Source of the DNA: a virus
Strand: one strand, 5' to 3'
Length of the DNA stretch: 64,000 nt
IMG/VR virus record: IMGVR_UViG_3300031521_000001
The notes beneath the pieces are model-generated. The model was not told where the DNA came from and searched no databases. It saw only the letters and a list, made by a program, of their open reading frames with translations. This document shows positions 47,347 through 57,009 of this stretch, in pieces. Both the position numbers and the translations under genes were made by a program. How positions within the stretch are numbered: the first letter of the stretch is position 1; every line of letters starts with the position of its first letter.

Positions 47347-48147
47347 ATGCACAAATGCGAAAAGTGTGAAAAAGAATTTAAAACACATCAAGGATTATGT
47401 AATCATATGAGTTGGCATAATAATCCAAACAGAAAATTTAATTTGTCTATATACAATGAACAATTAAAAACTGAATGCAATGACACTTCATATGATTGTA
47501 CAATTTGTGATAAGAAATTCAAATCTAAACAGGCACTAAATTCTCACATAGGTTGGCACAATAATCCAAGTAGAAAAATTAATACTATAGACAATTTAGA
47601 AATATATAGAAATTCAATTAGAAATGGTGAAATAACAGGAGAAAATCAGCACACAAAAGCTAAGAAAATAGGAGAGATTATAATTGTTTCAGAAGAAACA
47701 AGAAAAAAAATTTCAAATAAAAATAAAAATAGAATAGTTTCGGATGATACAAGATTAAAAACCTCAAAATCTATGAAATTGGCAGTTTTAAAATATCCTG
47801 AAAGCTATTCAATAAATAATGTAAGTGGCAGAGTAAAAACATTGGAATATAATGGAACTAAATTAAAGGGCAAATGGGAATTATTAGTAGCCAAATATTT
47901 AGATGACAATAACATAAAATGGACAAATAAAATAAACGGTATTTCATATATATGGCAAGAGTCTGAACATTTATATTTTCCAGATTTTTATTTAACTGAT
48001 TATAATATGTATGTAGAAGTTAAAGGTTATCAAAGAGATAGAGATTTATATAAATGGAAAGTTGTTGACAATTTAATATTAATTAAAAAAAATGAAATAA
48101 ATAACATAAACAAAAACAAATATAATATATTTGAATATTTAAAATAA
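47347..48147 (+). CDS. homing endonuclease-like protein (two C2H2 fingers, NUMOD3-like, PD-(D/E)XK)
   Basis: CEKC..NHMSWH, CTIC..SHIGWH, VSEETRKKIS, YFPDFY..YVEVKG. Confidence 0.75.
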   Translation: MHKCEKCEKEFKTHQGLCNHMSWHNNPNRKFNLSIYNEQLKTECNDTSYDCTICDKKFKSKQALNSHIGWHNNPSRKINTIDNLEIYRNSIRNGEITGENQHTKAKKIGEIIIVSEETRKKISNKNKNRIVSDDTRLKTSKSMKLAVLKYPESYSINNVSGRVKTLEYNGTKLKGKWELLVAKYLDDNNIKWTNKINGISYIWQESEHLYFPDFYLTDYNMYVEVKGYQRDRDLYKWKVVDNLILIKKNEINNINKNKYNIFEYLK

Positions 48148-48155
48148 TGATTAAC

Positions 48156-48229
48156 GGACCTATAACTCAATTGGTCAGAGTATCTGACTCATAATCAGAA
48201 GGTTATCAGTTCAAGGCTGGTTAGGTCCA
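48156..48229 (+). tRNA. tRNA with CAT anticodon, probably Ile2 (lysidine type)
   Basis: GGACCTA/TAGGTCC, TCTGA-CTCATAA-TCAGA; no initiator features. Confidence 0.75.
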
Positions 48230-48271
48230 CAACCATAAATAGTTATGGTTATAATAAATAAATAAATAAAG

Positions 48272-48433
48272 ATGAAAAAAGTAATTTTATTGATTGCAGT
48301 TATTTCTGCATTGACATTTGCTTCTTGCACACCAAAAAGTGCAAACTCTACATCTACTGGTAATGATTCAGTTACAACTGTAGATACAGTTAGTGTTGAT
48401 TCGGTATCAGTTGATACTACAGTAGCAAAGTAA
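48272..48433 (+). CDS. small lipoprotein (not in ORF track)
   Basis: MKKVILLIAVISALTFAS-C lipobox, S/T-rich tail with DSV/DTV/DSV/DTT; terminator follows. Confidence 0.75.
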   Translation: MKKVILLIAVISALTFASCTPKSANSTSTGNDSVTTVDTVSVDSVSVDTTVAK

Positions 48434-48565
48434 CAAACTGTAATTAGCTTGTAAAAAATAAAATCTGTATTTTTAATGCAGATTTTTTTATTTATATAAA
48501 CTTATGCTCATATATATACTATGCATTAATAACTCAGTTATTGAATATATAGGAGAAAAATATAT

Positions 48566-49081
48566 ATGAGTACAACAATAGCATTTATTTTAGGAATAAT
48601 GTTGGTTATATTTCTTGCAGCGATTGTAATGGGATTAATTGCATTTTTTAAGGTAATAAAATTAAACAAGAAAGTAGTTGAATTAGAAACATCAACAGCG
48701 AATAATATTGAAGAAGTATACAACAATATTACAATACAATCAAATGATTTTGGTAACATAGTTTCTAATTTACAAAAATCTTTAGATAACAATTTAAATG
48801 AAATTCAACAAAGTATTTCAAATAATGATGAACAATGTAATAGAATGATGAATAATTCAGTTGATGATATTCACAGAACTACTGATTCAAGATTTAATAA
48901 ATTTGAAAATAAAGTTGATAGTTTAAATAATGGCATTCTTAATGAAATGAATTTAAGATTTAATGAATTTGATAAAAGAATAACTAATCAAAACACAGAG
49001 ATTTATAGAACTATTGATTTTAATAGAAATGAATTTGATAAAAAAACAAAAGAATCTACATTAGGTTCAAAAGGTGTATAA
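48566..49081 (+). CDS. membrane-anchored coiled-coil protein
   Basis: N-terminal TM helix followed by a long coiled coil. Confidence 0.7.
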   Translation: MSTTIAFILGIMLVIFLAAIVMGLIAFFKVIKLNKKVVELETSTANNIEEVYNNITIQSNDFGNIVSNLQKSLDNNLNEIQQSISNNDEQCNRMMNNSVDDIHRTTDSRFNKFENKVDSLNNGILNEMNLRFNEFDKRITNQNTEIYRTIDFNRNEFDKKTKESTLGSKGV

Positions 49082-49128
49082 CCTTTATAAAAATTAATAA
49101 AATTCAATAACTGAGAATAAAAAAGCCA

Positions 49129-49545
49129 TCAATTAAAAATTGATGGCTTTTTTTGTTTTTTATATTTTTTATAATAATTGATTTTTTTATTTCTATTTTT
49201 TAAAAATGTTAAATATATAGGAATTTTTTGATATTTATTTCTTGATATGCCAAATTTTTCAATAATATCAGAAAATATACACTTATTCATTTCTTTTGAG
49301 ATTTCTGAACTAAGCTGGCAACTCATCATATCTGAAATATCAACAGTGGTTGATTTATCAATTATGTTTTTTAAATTTTTATATAATTTTACATTATCAA
49401 TAGATAATATTTTTAATTTGCGTATAATCTTATCAGTAGTAGAATAAAATATTCTCGGTTCATCCTTAAAATATATACTAAAATGACTTTCTATAAATCT
49501 AATTTCTGACTTTGATTTAGATTTATATTCATATAAAATATTCAT
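49129..49545 (-). CDS. hypothetical protein with RKLKI motif and possible capsid-derived segment
   Basis: DISDMMSCQLSSEISKEMNKCIF. Confidence 0.55.
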   Translation of the reverse strand: MNILYEYKSKSKSEIRFIESHFSIYFKDEPRIFYSTTDKIIRKLKILSIDNVKLYKNLKNIIDKSTTVDISDMMSCQLSSEISKEMNKCIFSDIIEKFGISRNKYQKIPIYLTFLKNRNKKINYYKKYKKQKKPSIFN

Positions 49546-49736
49546 TATTTTTCCAATTCTTTTCCAATTATATCAACTAATATATTCATATCAATTAATA
49601 ATTTTTCATATTTTTCATTAATTTCAGTCAAATCATTAAAATTTTCAGATTTGCTATTATATTCACCATCTATCAAATCTTCTGAATTATAAATTACGTT
49701 TTGTAATTCTGATAATATTTGTTTTCTTTCTGTCAT
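49545..49736 (-). CDS. hypothetical protein
   Basis: 63 aa within the operon. Confidence 0.55.
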   Translation of the reverse strand: MTERKQILSELQNVIYNSEDLIDGEYNSKSENFNDLTEINEKYEKLLIDMNILVDIIGKELEK

Positions 49737-49741
49737 AATAT

Positions 49742-50179
49742 TTATTTTAAGCCTGTTGATGAGAATCCTCCTTCTCCACGTACTGTTTTTTCTAGAGCTT
49801 CCACTTCATTCCACTTATCACACTTCTCGAAGTTATTAATAACCATTTGAGCTATTCTATCACCACTACTAATTGTGAAATCATCTTTTGATAAATTTAC
49901 AAGCAATATACAAATTTCGCCTATGTAGTCAGCATCAATTGTACCAGGTGTGTTAATAATAGTAATACCGAATTTAATAGCCAATCCACTTCTTGGTCTA
50001 ATTTGAGCTTCATATCCTTCTGGCAATTTAATGAATAGTCCAGTTGGTATCATTTTTCTTTCAAGAGAACCTAATACAATATCATTTGGTATAAAAGCTC
50101 TTAAATCCATTCCTGCTGCTAATATGGACTCATATTTTGGTAATTCGTTATCTGATTTATTTATAATATCTATTTTCAT
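49742..50179 (-). CDS. dut: trimeric dUTPase
   Basis: [45 protein letters not shown]. Confidence 0.95.
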   Translation of the reverse strand: MKIDIINKSDNELPKYESILAAGMDLRAFIPNDIVLGSLERKMIPTGLFIKLPEGYEAQIRPRSGLAIKFGITIINTPGTIDADYIGEICILLVNLSKDDFTISSGDRIAQMVINNFEKCDKWNEVEALEKTVRGEGGFSSTGLK

Positions 50180-50437
50180 TTATTTATAATTTTTTATTTT
50201 TTTTAATTTATTTTTTCTATTGTATTCATAATCATATTTGAAATTTACGCAACTAGTTATTACCATATTATCATTGTGATATATTAAATAATAATCATCT
50301 TCAAGTATAAGTTGGCATTCATCAAAAAAACTAATATCTGAACCTTTTTCGTAAATGGACATTATTTTATATCTTCTATCTATTTTACATTGTCCTCTTA
50401 TAGTTTTTGTTGCAATAATATAATCACCTTTAATCAT
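50180..50437 (-). CDS. small protein with C-terminal RKNKL motif
   Basis: Ends YNRKNKLKKIKNYK. Confidence 0.6.
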   Translation of the reverse strand: MIKGDYIIATKTIRGQCKIDRRYKIMSIYEKGSDISFFDECQLILEDDYYLIYHNDNMVITSCVNFKYDYEYNRKNKLKKIKNYK

Positions 50438-50747
50438 TAATTTCTCTTAATCTTTTTAGTTTTGATTTTCTTATCAATTTTTTATTATTGATATAATAAA
50501 AAATTGATTCTGTTTTTATGACGTTGTTAATCATATCATCAAAATCATATCTTAATGCACACATATCTTGAAGAAATTCAGCAGAAATTTTAAATGAATA
50601 AGAAAATTCACAGCCATTTATTGATACATCTATTGATTTATAACCAGAATATGAATATTCTTCGTGATCATGATTTTTCAACAATTTAAAATTGAAATCA
50701 TCTTCAGTAAGATTTAAGCTTTCTAATGTTACAATTTCTCTATACAT
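50430..50747 (-). CDS. small protein with RKSKL motif and capsid-like segment
   Basis: ISAEFLQDMCALRYDFDDMINNVIKTE; ends LIRKSKLKRL. Confidence 0.6.
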   Translation of the reverse strand: MYREIVTLESLNLTEDDFNFKLLKNHDHEEYSYSGYKSIDVSINGCEFSYSFKISAEFLQDMCALRYDFDDMINNVIKTESIFYYINNKKLIRKSKLKRLREIND

Positions 50748-51019
50748 TTTAATTTCATTTTTCTAATAGTTTGATTTGATAGTAAAGTACCATGTAATAT
50801 CAATTCTCTAACTTGAATAGTAGTTATTGTAATATTGTTCAATTCAAATTCTTTTATGAATTTTTTCTTTCTTATCTCTACATATTTTAGTATATTATAT
50901 TCATAATGAAGTTCATAATAAACATCAAATATACTAACATATGAAATATTGTAATTTTTTCTATACTGCCAATCGTATTCTTTATTATTAACAACAATTT
51001 TTCTAAAACATTTCTTCAT
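50729..51019 (-). CDS. small protein with RKMKL motif
   Basis: Ends TIRKMKLKCIEKL. Confidence 0.6.
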   Translation of the reverse strand: MKKCFRKIVVNNKEYDWQYRKNYNISYVSIFDVYYELHYEYNILKYVEIRKKKFIKEFELNNITITTIQVRELILHGTLLSNQTIRKMKLKCIEKL

Positions 51020-51458
51020 TTATTATTTTTAATTTAATCATTCTTTCGATTTTATTTTTATTGCCTTGATGAAGAATATTTACTAATCCCCAAACATAGT
51101 TATTACAAAATAATAATGTTAATTCTGCTTGAGAATCAAGATTTGATAAATAATTATGTGCAATAGTAATAAATTGTGAACTATATGTTATAAATTCTTT
51201 TGTTATATTTTCAACATTGATCATTCTAATAAGTAAATTAAAATACTCATCGATAAAAGGATTGTCTCTTTTTACTATTTCTCTAACTACACAAGTAACT
51301 ATAGGAGCAATACATTGTAATGCAACATCTTCTGTATTGTCGATATCAACATCATTTTTATATGTTATTTTATCTAGATAATACTTGATGTATTTTTTTT
51401 CATTTTCTGGATATTTTGTCAATTGACAATCCAGATATATTTCATATTCTTTTCTCAT
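51003..51458 (-). CDS. hypothetical protein with RMIKL motif
   Basis: NLDSQAELTLL segment; ends IERMIKLKII. Confidence 0.6.
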   Translation of the reverse strand: MRKEYEIYLDCQLTKYPENEKKYIKYYLDKITYKNDVDIDNTEDVALQCIAPIVTCVVREIVKRDNPFIDEYFNLLIRMINVENITKEFITYSSQFITIAHNYLSNLDSQAELTLLFCNNYVWGLVNILHQGNKNKIERMIKLKIINEEMF

Positions 51459-51460
51459 AT

Positions 51461-52543
51461 TTATGAATTCCAGTAATCTTCAGGTTCAACATTTTCTTCA
51501 TTTTTTGATTCAACAATTTCTATTTTTTTGATTTCTGGTTTTTCTGTAACTTCTGCAACTTCTGTAATAGTTTTTTCATCAATTATCATATCATCAGATA
51601 TTACTTCTGATTCAGGAACAATAATATGTCCAACTGGAAATTTTATAAACGTTTTTGGATCATAATTCAAAATTAGTAATTCTGTACCTTTTGTTTCTTT
51701 TGTTTCTGAAAAACTTGCAGATGAACGAAAGAAGTCTTTTTGTAACCAAACATACTCATTTTTAGGCATCATATACTCGAGTTCATCAAAGTAATAATAT
51801 GAAAGTGCCCAACGTGATTTTGTTGTTTTTAATAGTTCTAATAGCTTAGTGTGGTCTGATTGTCCAAATTCATCTTTGGTTCCGTACCAACCAGACCTTG
51901 CATCATCATTAGAGCCTTTTTTCTCTACTGTGTTATAAGGTGGATCTAAATATATGAATGTATCTTCTGAATCATATTTTTTTATTACTTGTTCAAAATC
52001 AATAGTTTCAAAAGATGTAATATTTATTAACTTTTTTTGTAGTTCAACATTTTTTAATTTGTTAAGATATGTTTTCAATTTAAATCCACTGAATCCTGCT
52101 GCTGTATAAGAACAACTCGAAAATGCAGATGTCAAAAGAAAAGCATATTGTGATGCTCTTTTCATATCTGGAATATTAAATTCTTCATTTCTAAAATTTG
52201 ATTTCTTCAATGAATAATATAATTCTTTATAATGAGTTTTAATCAGTTCTGCTTCAGTTTCTTTGCAATATAAGCAGCCATTTATATCATCAATTTCATT
52301 TTTTAAATAGTCATGAAAAACTTCATAATCTTTTGAGCAGCAAACCAAATTTGCTTGGTCTCTGTTGATGTCATTGTATCTGACTATTGAATTTGGTACA
52401 ATATCTAAGAAAAAATATACTCCGAAACTACCTGAAAATGGCTCTAAATAATTTTTATAATCATTAGGTATATATGGTTTAATAAAAGTCTCGAATCTGT
52501 TTTTTCCTCCAAAATATGAGTGTAGTGCTGGTGTTTTTGCCAT
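51461..52543 (-). CDS. Dam-like N6-adenine DNA methyltransferase
   Basis: YFGGK, YLEPFSGS, YNDIN, FIYLDPPY, ELLILNY. Confidence 0.85.
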   Translation of the reverse strand: MAKTPALHSYFGGKNRFETFIKPYIPNDYKNYLEPFSGSFGVYFFLDIVPNSIVRYNDINRDQANLVCCSKDYEVFHDYLKNEIDDINGCLYCKETEAELIKTHYKELYYSLKKSNFRNEEFNIPDMKRASQYAFLLTSAFSSCSYTAAGFSGFKLKTYLNKLKNVELQKKLINITSFETIDFEQVIKKYDSEDTFIYLDPPYNTVEKKGSNDDARSGWYGTKDEFGQSDHTKLLELLKTTKSRWALSYYYFDELEYMMPKNEYVWLQKDFFRSSASFSETKETKGTELLILNYDPKTFIKFPVGHIIVPESEVISDDMIIDEKTITEVAEVTEKPEIKKIEIVESKNEENVEPEDYWNS

Positions 52544-52670
52544 GTTATAATTTATTTTTATTTATTTAGTAGATTTTTTATCCTTTGTTTAATATTATTA
52601 TTCAAAAATAATAACCAAGTTAAATATCACTACTAATATAAATTATATAACAAAAAACAAAAAAAGCTGA

Positions 52671-52916
52671 TTAAATATCAGCTTTTTTGTTAAGATTTTC
52701 TAGTTTTTTCTTTCTAGTGAAAATATTGATATATCTTTGATGCTCTTGTGAACCATACCATTCATTAAATGATAATTTATCAAAATCTATGACATAAATA
52801 GTATCATCACTATCTTCTTCGTTATACTGTGAATCGCTGAAATATTTACGATAAGCTTTAATATCAACATCAATTTGTTCTTTCACTGATAATGTTATTC
52901 CGTAGTTTATTGTCAT
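52671..52916 (-). CDS. small protein with RKKKL motif
   Basis: Ends TRKKKLENL. Confidence 0.6.
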   Translation of the reverse strand: MTINYGITLSVKEQIDVDIKAYRKYFSDSQYNEEDSDDTIYVIDFDKLSFNEWYGSQEHQRYINIFTRKKKLENLNKKADI

Positions 52917-53377
52917 ACAGCATCAGATATTACTTCCTCTTTACCCCATTCGCTTTCAAATTCAGTTCTCATTTTTTCGTATTTTTCATACATTTCAAGA
53001 AACCTATTTTTATCTTCAATTGAAACTATATTACAACTAAAAAAACAAGGATATCCATTTATACTTCTTGGTGATGCTTCACTATATCTTTCATAAAACA
53101 TACCAATTGTGTTCATGAATTCTAAACGTTTAGGCGTGTCATTTTCATACTCTATACATTGATCAAGATAATTGAGTTTATTTTTTCTATCAGTTTTTAT
53201 TTTACCTGTTAATACAGGTTCTGTTGGAGAAGAGCCAATAAATAATGACGCCATAAAAACCATCATAATATCACTTTGCCTACATTGAAGTGACGTAAAC
53301 ACTTTACAATCAAATACATCTTTAACTAGTGATTTAAGTTCATCATTAGTCATTTTGCGGTGTTCCCAGTTCTTCAT
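52913..53377 (-). CDS. hypothetical protein with internal RKNKL motif
   Basis: Core PRSINGYPCFFSC. Confidence 0.7.
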   Translation of the reverse strand: MKNWEHRKMTNDELKSLVKDVFDCKVFTSLQCRQSDIMMVFMASLFIGSSPTEPVLTGKIKTDRKNKLNYLDQCIEYENDTPKRLEFMNTIGMFYERYSEASPRSINGYPCFFSCNIVSIEDKNRFLEMYEKYEKMRTEFESEWGKEEVISDAV

Positions 53378-53381
53378 AATT

Positions 53382-53687
53382 TTAATTTCTTGTTATGTTA
53401 TTTTTTACTTTAAGAATAGATTTTTTGTCTACTTCCCAACATTCATCATATGAATCATCATTTCTAATATGTAAATTATCTGTACCTGAAGTAAATAATA
53501 ATTCAAATGTATCATAATTAGTTCCTAATAATACTGCTTCTTCTGATCCACAATCAATAAATTCTTCACAAGCTTCTTGCATAGCATCTAAAATAGAATC
53601 TATGCTACAATTATTAATAACTCCATTTTTTAAATTTTTTGAATTTATATGTTTTTCAAGTATTGTTCTTAAATTAATTTTTTCCAT
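53382..53687 (-). CDS. hypothetical protein
   Basis: 101-aa ORF. Confidence 0.6.
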   Translation of the reverse strand: MEKINLRTILEKHINSKNLKNGVINNCSIDSILDAMQEACEEFIDCGSEEAVLLGTNYDTFELLFTSGTDNLHIRNDDSYDECWEVDKKSILKVKNNITRN

Positions 53688-53697
53688 TTTTATAATT

Positions 53698-53934
53698 TTA
53701 AAATAGTTCTTCTGAATCTTCGTTATTTAATCTATTTAATTTTCTGTATCTTATTTCTTGATTGAAGTTATAAATATATTCATCTATTAGTTTTTTACCA
53801 TGCTGTCTTATAAATGTACTTTTATAACGTTCAATATGTTTCAGTGTGTTATAGATATGAGAAGTTTCCATATCTATTATTTTTATATCTCGACCATCTG
53901 ATGTTTGCCACATCAATTTTGTTCTACCTGGCAT
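53698..53934 (-). CDS. small protein with RYRKL motif
   Basis: WQTSDGRDIKIIDMETSHIYN core. Confidence 0.65.
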   Translation of the reverse strand: MPGRTKLMWQTSDGRDIKIIDMETSHIYNTLKHIERYKSTFIRQHGKKLIDEYIYNFNQEIRYRKLNRLNNEDSEELF

Positions 53935-54373
53935 TGTAAACAGAAATTATCTTTATCAATTCATCTAAAACGTCAGTGACATCTTTAAATTTATAAATCC
54001 AATCATTCAAATTACAATTGTGATATACTATACTACAAGTTGCTGTTAATACAATTTGATCAATGAACACCTTTTTATATCTATCATTTTTCTGTATATC
54101 ATCAGAAAAATAATTATCATATGTTCTGTCTATTGTTGTTTTATTTTCAGATTCTAGATAATCTTTTAATTTTATATCCATTCTTTTTAATTTTTCTAGT
54201 TTTTCTTTTCTTTTTACTGATATATAATCACACGTAAATGAATTAATATTATTTTCAAAAGTTTTATTTTTACAATATTCACAATTTTGTGTACAATAGT
54301 AACTATTAATCTTAGCATCTTTTATATTATCACAAAAACCTAATACATCATCTGAACAAACACTATATTTCAT
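53924..54373 (-). CDS. Cys-rich protein with RKEKL motif
   Basis: 149-aa ORF. Confidence 0.6.
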   Translation of the reverse strand: MKYSVCSDDVLGFCDNIKDAKINSYYCTQNCEYCKNKTFENNINSFTCDYISVKRKEKLEKLKRMDIKLKDYLESENKTTIDRTYDNYFSDDIQKNDRYKKVFIDQIVLTATCSIVYHNCNLNDWIYKFKDVTDVLDELIKIISVYNAR

Positions 54374-54392
54374 AATTTAAATATTCTAAATT

Positions 54393-54611
54393 TTAATCAT
54401 TGAGTTTTTTTAGTTTTAGTTTTCTTTTTTCTTTTAAAGATATTTTATAAGATGATTTATAGAAGAATATAACAACAATAGAATCAGTAAACTCTTTTGC
54501 AATTATTCTAATAAATAGCAAGAATAAAAAAGTTCTAAAAATATGAATTAGTGTAAATCCTGATTCAATATAGCCAAAAAATATGATATATAGTAGAGGT
54601 ATTAATAACAA
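54393..54611 (-). CDS. small membrane protein with RKLKL motif
   Basis: Hydrophobic; ends KRKLKLKKL; start uncertain. Confidence 0.5.
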   Translation of the reverse strand: MLLIPLLYIIFFGYIESGFTLIHIFRTFLFLLFIRIIAKEFTDSIVVIFFYKSSYKISLKEKRKLKLKKLND

Positions 54612-54745
54612 AAATAGATATAATCTACTTTTAATGTGTTCTTTCTTGCTATTTTCATTTTTACAACTATTTATAGTATTTTTATCTACTGTAAAAATTA
54701 TAGTATAAAAATATTAATCAGACGTTTAAATAATATAATTGTTAA

Positions 54746-54940
54746 TTAAATATGAATTTTATTATTTTTAATCAAGTCATAAATTATTTCATCCATATTA
54801 GAAATTAAATATTCTTGAACTTCATTCTTAATGTATTCATTTTTTTCCTCTTCTGATGCATTGTTCCAATTATTCAAATCTGTTGATGTTTTTATTTCAA
54901 TCTTATCAATTTCTACTATAATATTCAGTTCTTTTATCAT
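54746..54940 (-). CDS. hypothetical protein
   Basis: 64-aa ORF. Confidence 0.55.
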   Translation of the reverse strand: MIKELNIIVEIDKIEIKTSTDLNNWNNASEEEKNEYIKNEVQEYLISNMDEIIYDLIKNNKIHI

Positions 54941-54948
54941 ATTCTAAA

Positions 54949-55275
54949 TTAATATTTATAACAGTATGGAGGATTTAATCCTTGATTTTCATATTCTTTC
55001 TCTTTAACTAAATCTTTTAGTATTGATTGATTTTCTGCTTTTCCTTCCCTAAGAATTGCTTTATACCATATAACAATATCACTATCTGGTGGAAAATGTT
55101 CTTTATCCATACTGGCTTCTTTCAATAGTTCCTTATATGATGCTACTCTATCCTCATAACTGCGTATAAGTCCTGATAGAGAATACTCTACTAATACTCT
55201 TTCTTCTAATACTGTTATACCATCTACATCAAAATAGAAATTGGATGTTTCTATCATATCCTTTTTATCATTCAT
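54949..55275 (-). CDS. hypothetical protein
   Basis: Start moved to ATG 55275 downstream of TATCTTTG. Confidence 0.65.
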   Translation of the reverse strand: MNDKKDMIETSNFYFDVDGITVLEERVLVEYSLSGLIRSYEDRVASYKELLKEASMDKEHFPPDSDIVIWYKAILREGKAENQSILKDLVKEKEYENQGLNPPYCYKY

Positions 55276-55441
55276 AATTCTTATTTTAATTATTATACAA
55301 AGATAATACATTATTTTAAATAAAAATCTATATCATCAAAAAATGAAGTTAATTTTCATTAATTTTCAAAAAGTTTATATTTATTTCATTGATTTGTTAT
55401 GAATTATCGTTACTTTTGTATATTAAATAAATTATTGAAAA

Positions 55442-55921
55442 ATGAATCCAACAATAACATTTTTAATTGGCCCTCCTGCATCAGGCAAAAGTACATATAG
55501 AGATAAATATGCTACAAATGAGGTTATAATATCAAGGGATGATATAATAGACAATCTTAGAGTAGATATTGGTATATCATATCAAGATACTTTCTATGAT
55601 AAAGAATTTGAGAAAAAAGTAAATTCTATACTTCAAAATAATATAGCAGAAGCTATAAAACACAGAAAGAATATAATCGTTGATATGTCAAACATCAGTG
55701 TATCAGCAAGAAGAAAAACAATGAGTAGAATACCAGGAATATACGACAGGAAAGCTGTAGTTTTTCAGGTAAATTATGATGAATTGGTTATCAGAATTAA
55801 GAATCGTGAAGTAGAAACTGGAAAATCTATACCAATTGAAATATTAGATTGGATGATAGAACAATATGAAGAACCATCAGAAGAAGAGAATTTTTCAGAT
55901 ATTCAATATATTAAATTGTGA
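55442..55921 (+). CDS. P-loop kinase, polynucleotide-kinase-like
   Basis: GPPASGKST, ISRDDI, IVDMSN..ARR, RIKNR. Confidence 0.8.
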   Translation: MNPTITFLIGPPASGKSTYRDKYATNEVIISRDDIIDNLRVDIGISYQDTFYDKEFEKKVNSILQNNIAEAIKHRKNIIVDMSNISVSARRKTMSRIPGIYDRKAVVFQVNYDELVIRIKNREVETGKSIPIEILDWMIEQYEEPSEEENFSDIQYIKL

Positions 55922-56130
55922 AAGCTGTTTGTATTAAAATGCCAAAATATCCAAGAGATGATTATATGTTGGGTCGTAGTTATGAATATTATCACTCTGG
56001 TAATAACGAGTTCTTTTATGTCGTAAATAATTATAATTTAGGTTGTTCTTTTGAATATGAAGAATTTTCAACATATTTTATAAATGAAAGAAAATTAAAA
56101 TTATCAAAAATAGATAAAAAATTAGAATAA
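55918..56130 (+). CDS. small protein with RKLKL motif
   Basis: Ends NERKLKLSKI. Confidence 0.6.
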   Translation: MKAVCIKMPKYPRDDYMLGRSYEYYHSGNNEFFYVVNNYNLGCSFEYEEFSTYFINERKLKLSKIDKKLE

Positions 56131-56162
56131 TTAATTATTAATATATAACTAAAAAATTAATA

Positions 56163-56477
56163 ATGAAACATATAAAATCATTTGAAAAGTTGACTTGGGA
56201 TAATATGATAGAATTAAAAATATCTGATATTGAATCATATAAAAAAATAATGGATTTATTTATAAATAATGAAGATGTTATAGAATTAATAGCGAAAGTT
56301 GACAATAAATATGCAGATAAAGGGGAAACTATACAATTAAGTAATTATAATGCACAATATGTAAAAAATAAATATCCTGATGATGTAGAAGAAAATTTAT
56401 CAAGAGCCTGTAGTCTACCATTTTTAAATGATCGACGTTGGATTAGTATTGGTGATATTTTAACATATTTCTTATAA
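56163..56477 (+). CDS. small protein with MKHIKSFE tag
   Basis: Late motif upstream. Confidence 0.65.
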   Translation: MKHIKSFEKLTWDNMIELKISDIESYKKIMDLFINNEDVIELIAKVDNKYADKGETIQLSNYNAQYVKNKYPDDVEENLSRACSLPFLNDRRWISIGDILTYFL

Positions 56478-56493
56478 AAATAAATATTTTTAA

Positions 56494-56982
56494 ATGACTA
56501 ATCTTGATTATATAAAAAATAAATTTTATGATAAAACAACAATTATCAATCAGTTGAATATTTGGAGATCAGAGAATAAAAAAATAGTATTCACAAATGG
56601 CTGTTTTGATATTTTACATAAAGGACATATAGAATATTTATCCAAATCAAAAGATTTTGGTGATATTTTGATTGTTGGACTAAATTCTGATAACTCAGTT
56701 AAGAGATTGAAAGGAGAAGAAAGACCAATAAATCATCAAAATTCTAGATCATTCATTTTATCAGCATTATTATTTGTAGATGCCGTAATATATTTTGATG
56801 AAGACACTCCATTGAATCTAATAGAGATAATAAACCCTGATGTACTAGTAAAAGGAGGAGATTACAAAAAAGAAGACATTGTTGGTTATGATTTTATTAT
56901 AGAAAGAGGAGGAATAGTAAAAACAATAGATTTAGTAAAAGGATATTCCACAACTAATATTATTAAAAAAAGCAGAAATTAA
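56494..56982 (+). CDS. rfaE2: D-glycero-beta-D-manno-heptose-1-phosphate adenylyltransferase (RfaE domain II / HldC)
   Basis: VFTNGCFDILHKGH, LIVGLNSD.SVKRLKG..RPI, FDEDTP, PDVLVKGGDY, GYSTTNII. Confidence 0.88.
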   Translation: MTNLDYIKNKFYDKTTIINQLNIWRSENKKIVFTNGCFDILHKGHIEYLSKSKDFGDILIVGLNSDNSVKRLKGEERPINHQNSRSFILSALLFVDAVIYFDEDTPLNLIEIINPDVLVKGGDYKKEDIVGYDFIIERGGIVKTIDLVKGYSTTNIIKKSRN

Positions 56983-57009
56983 ATTTCTGCTTTTTTATTT
57001 TAAATTTTT

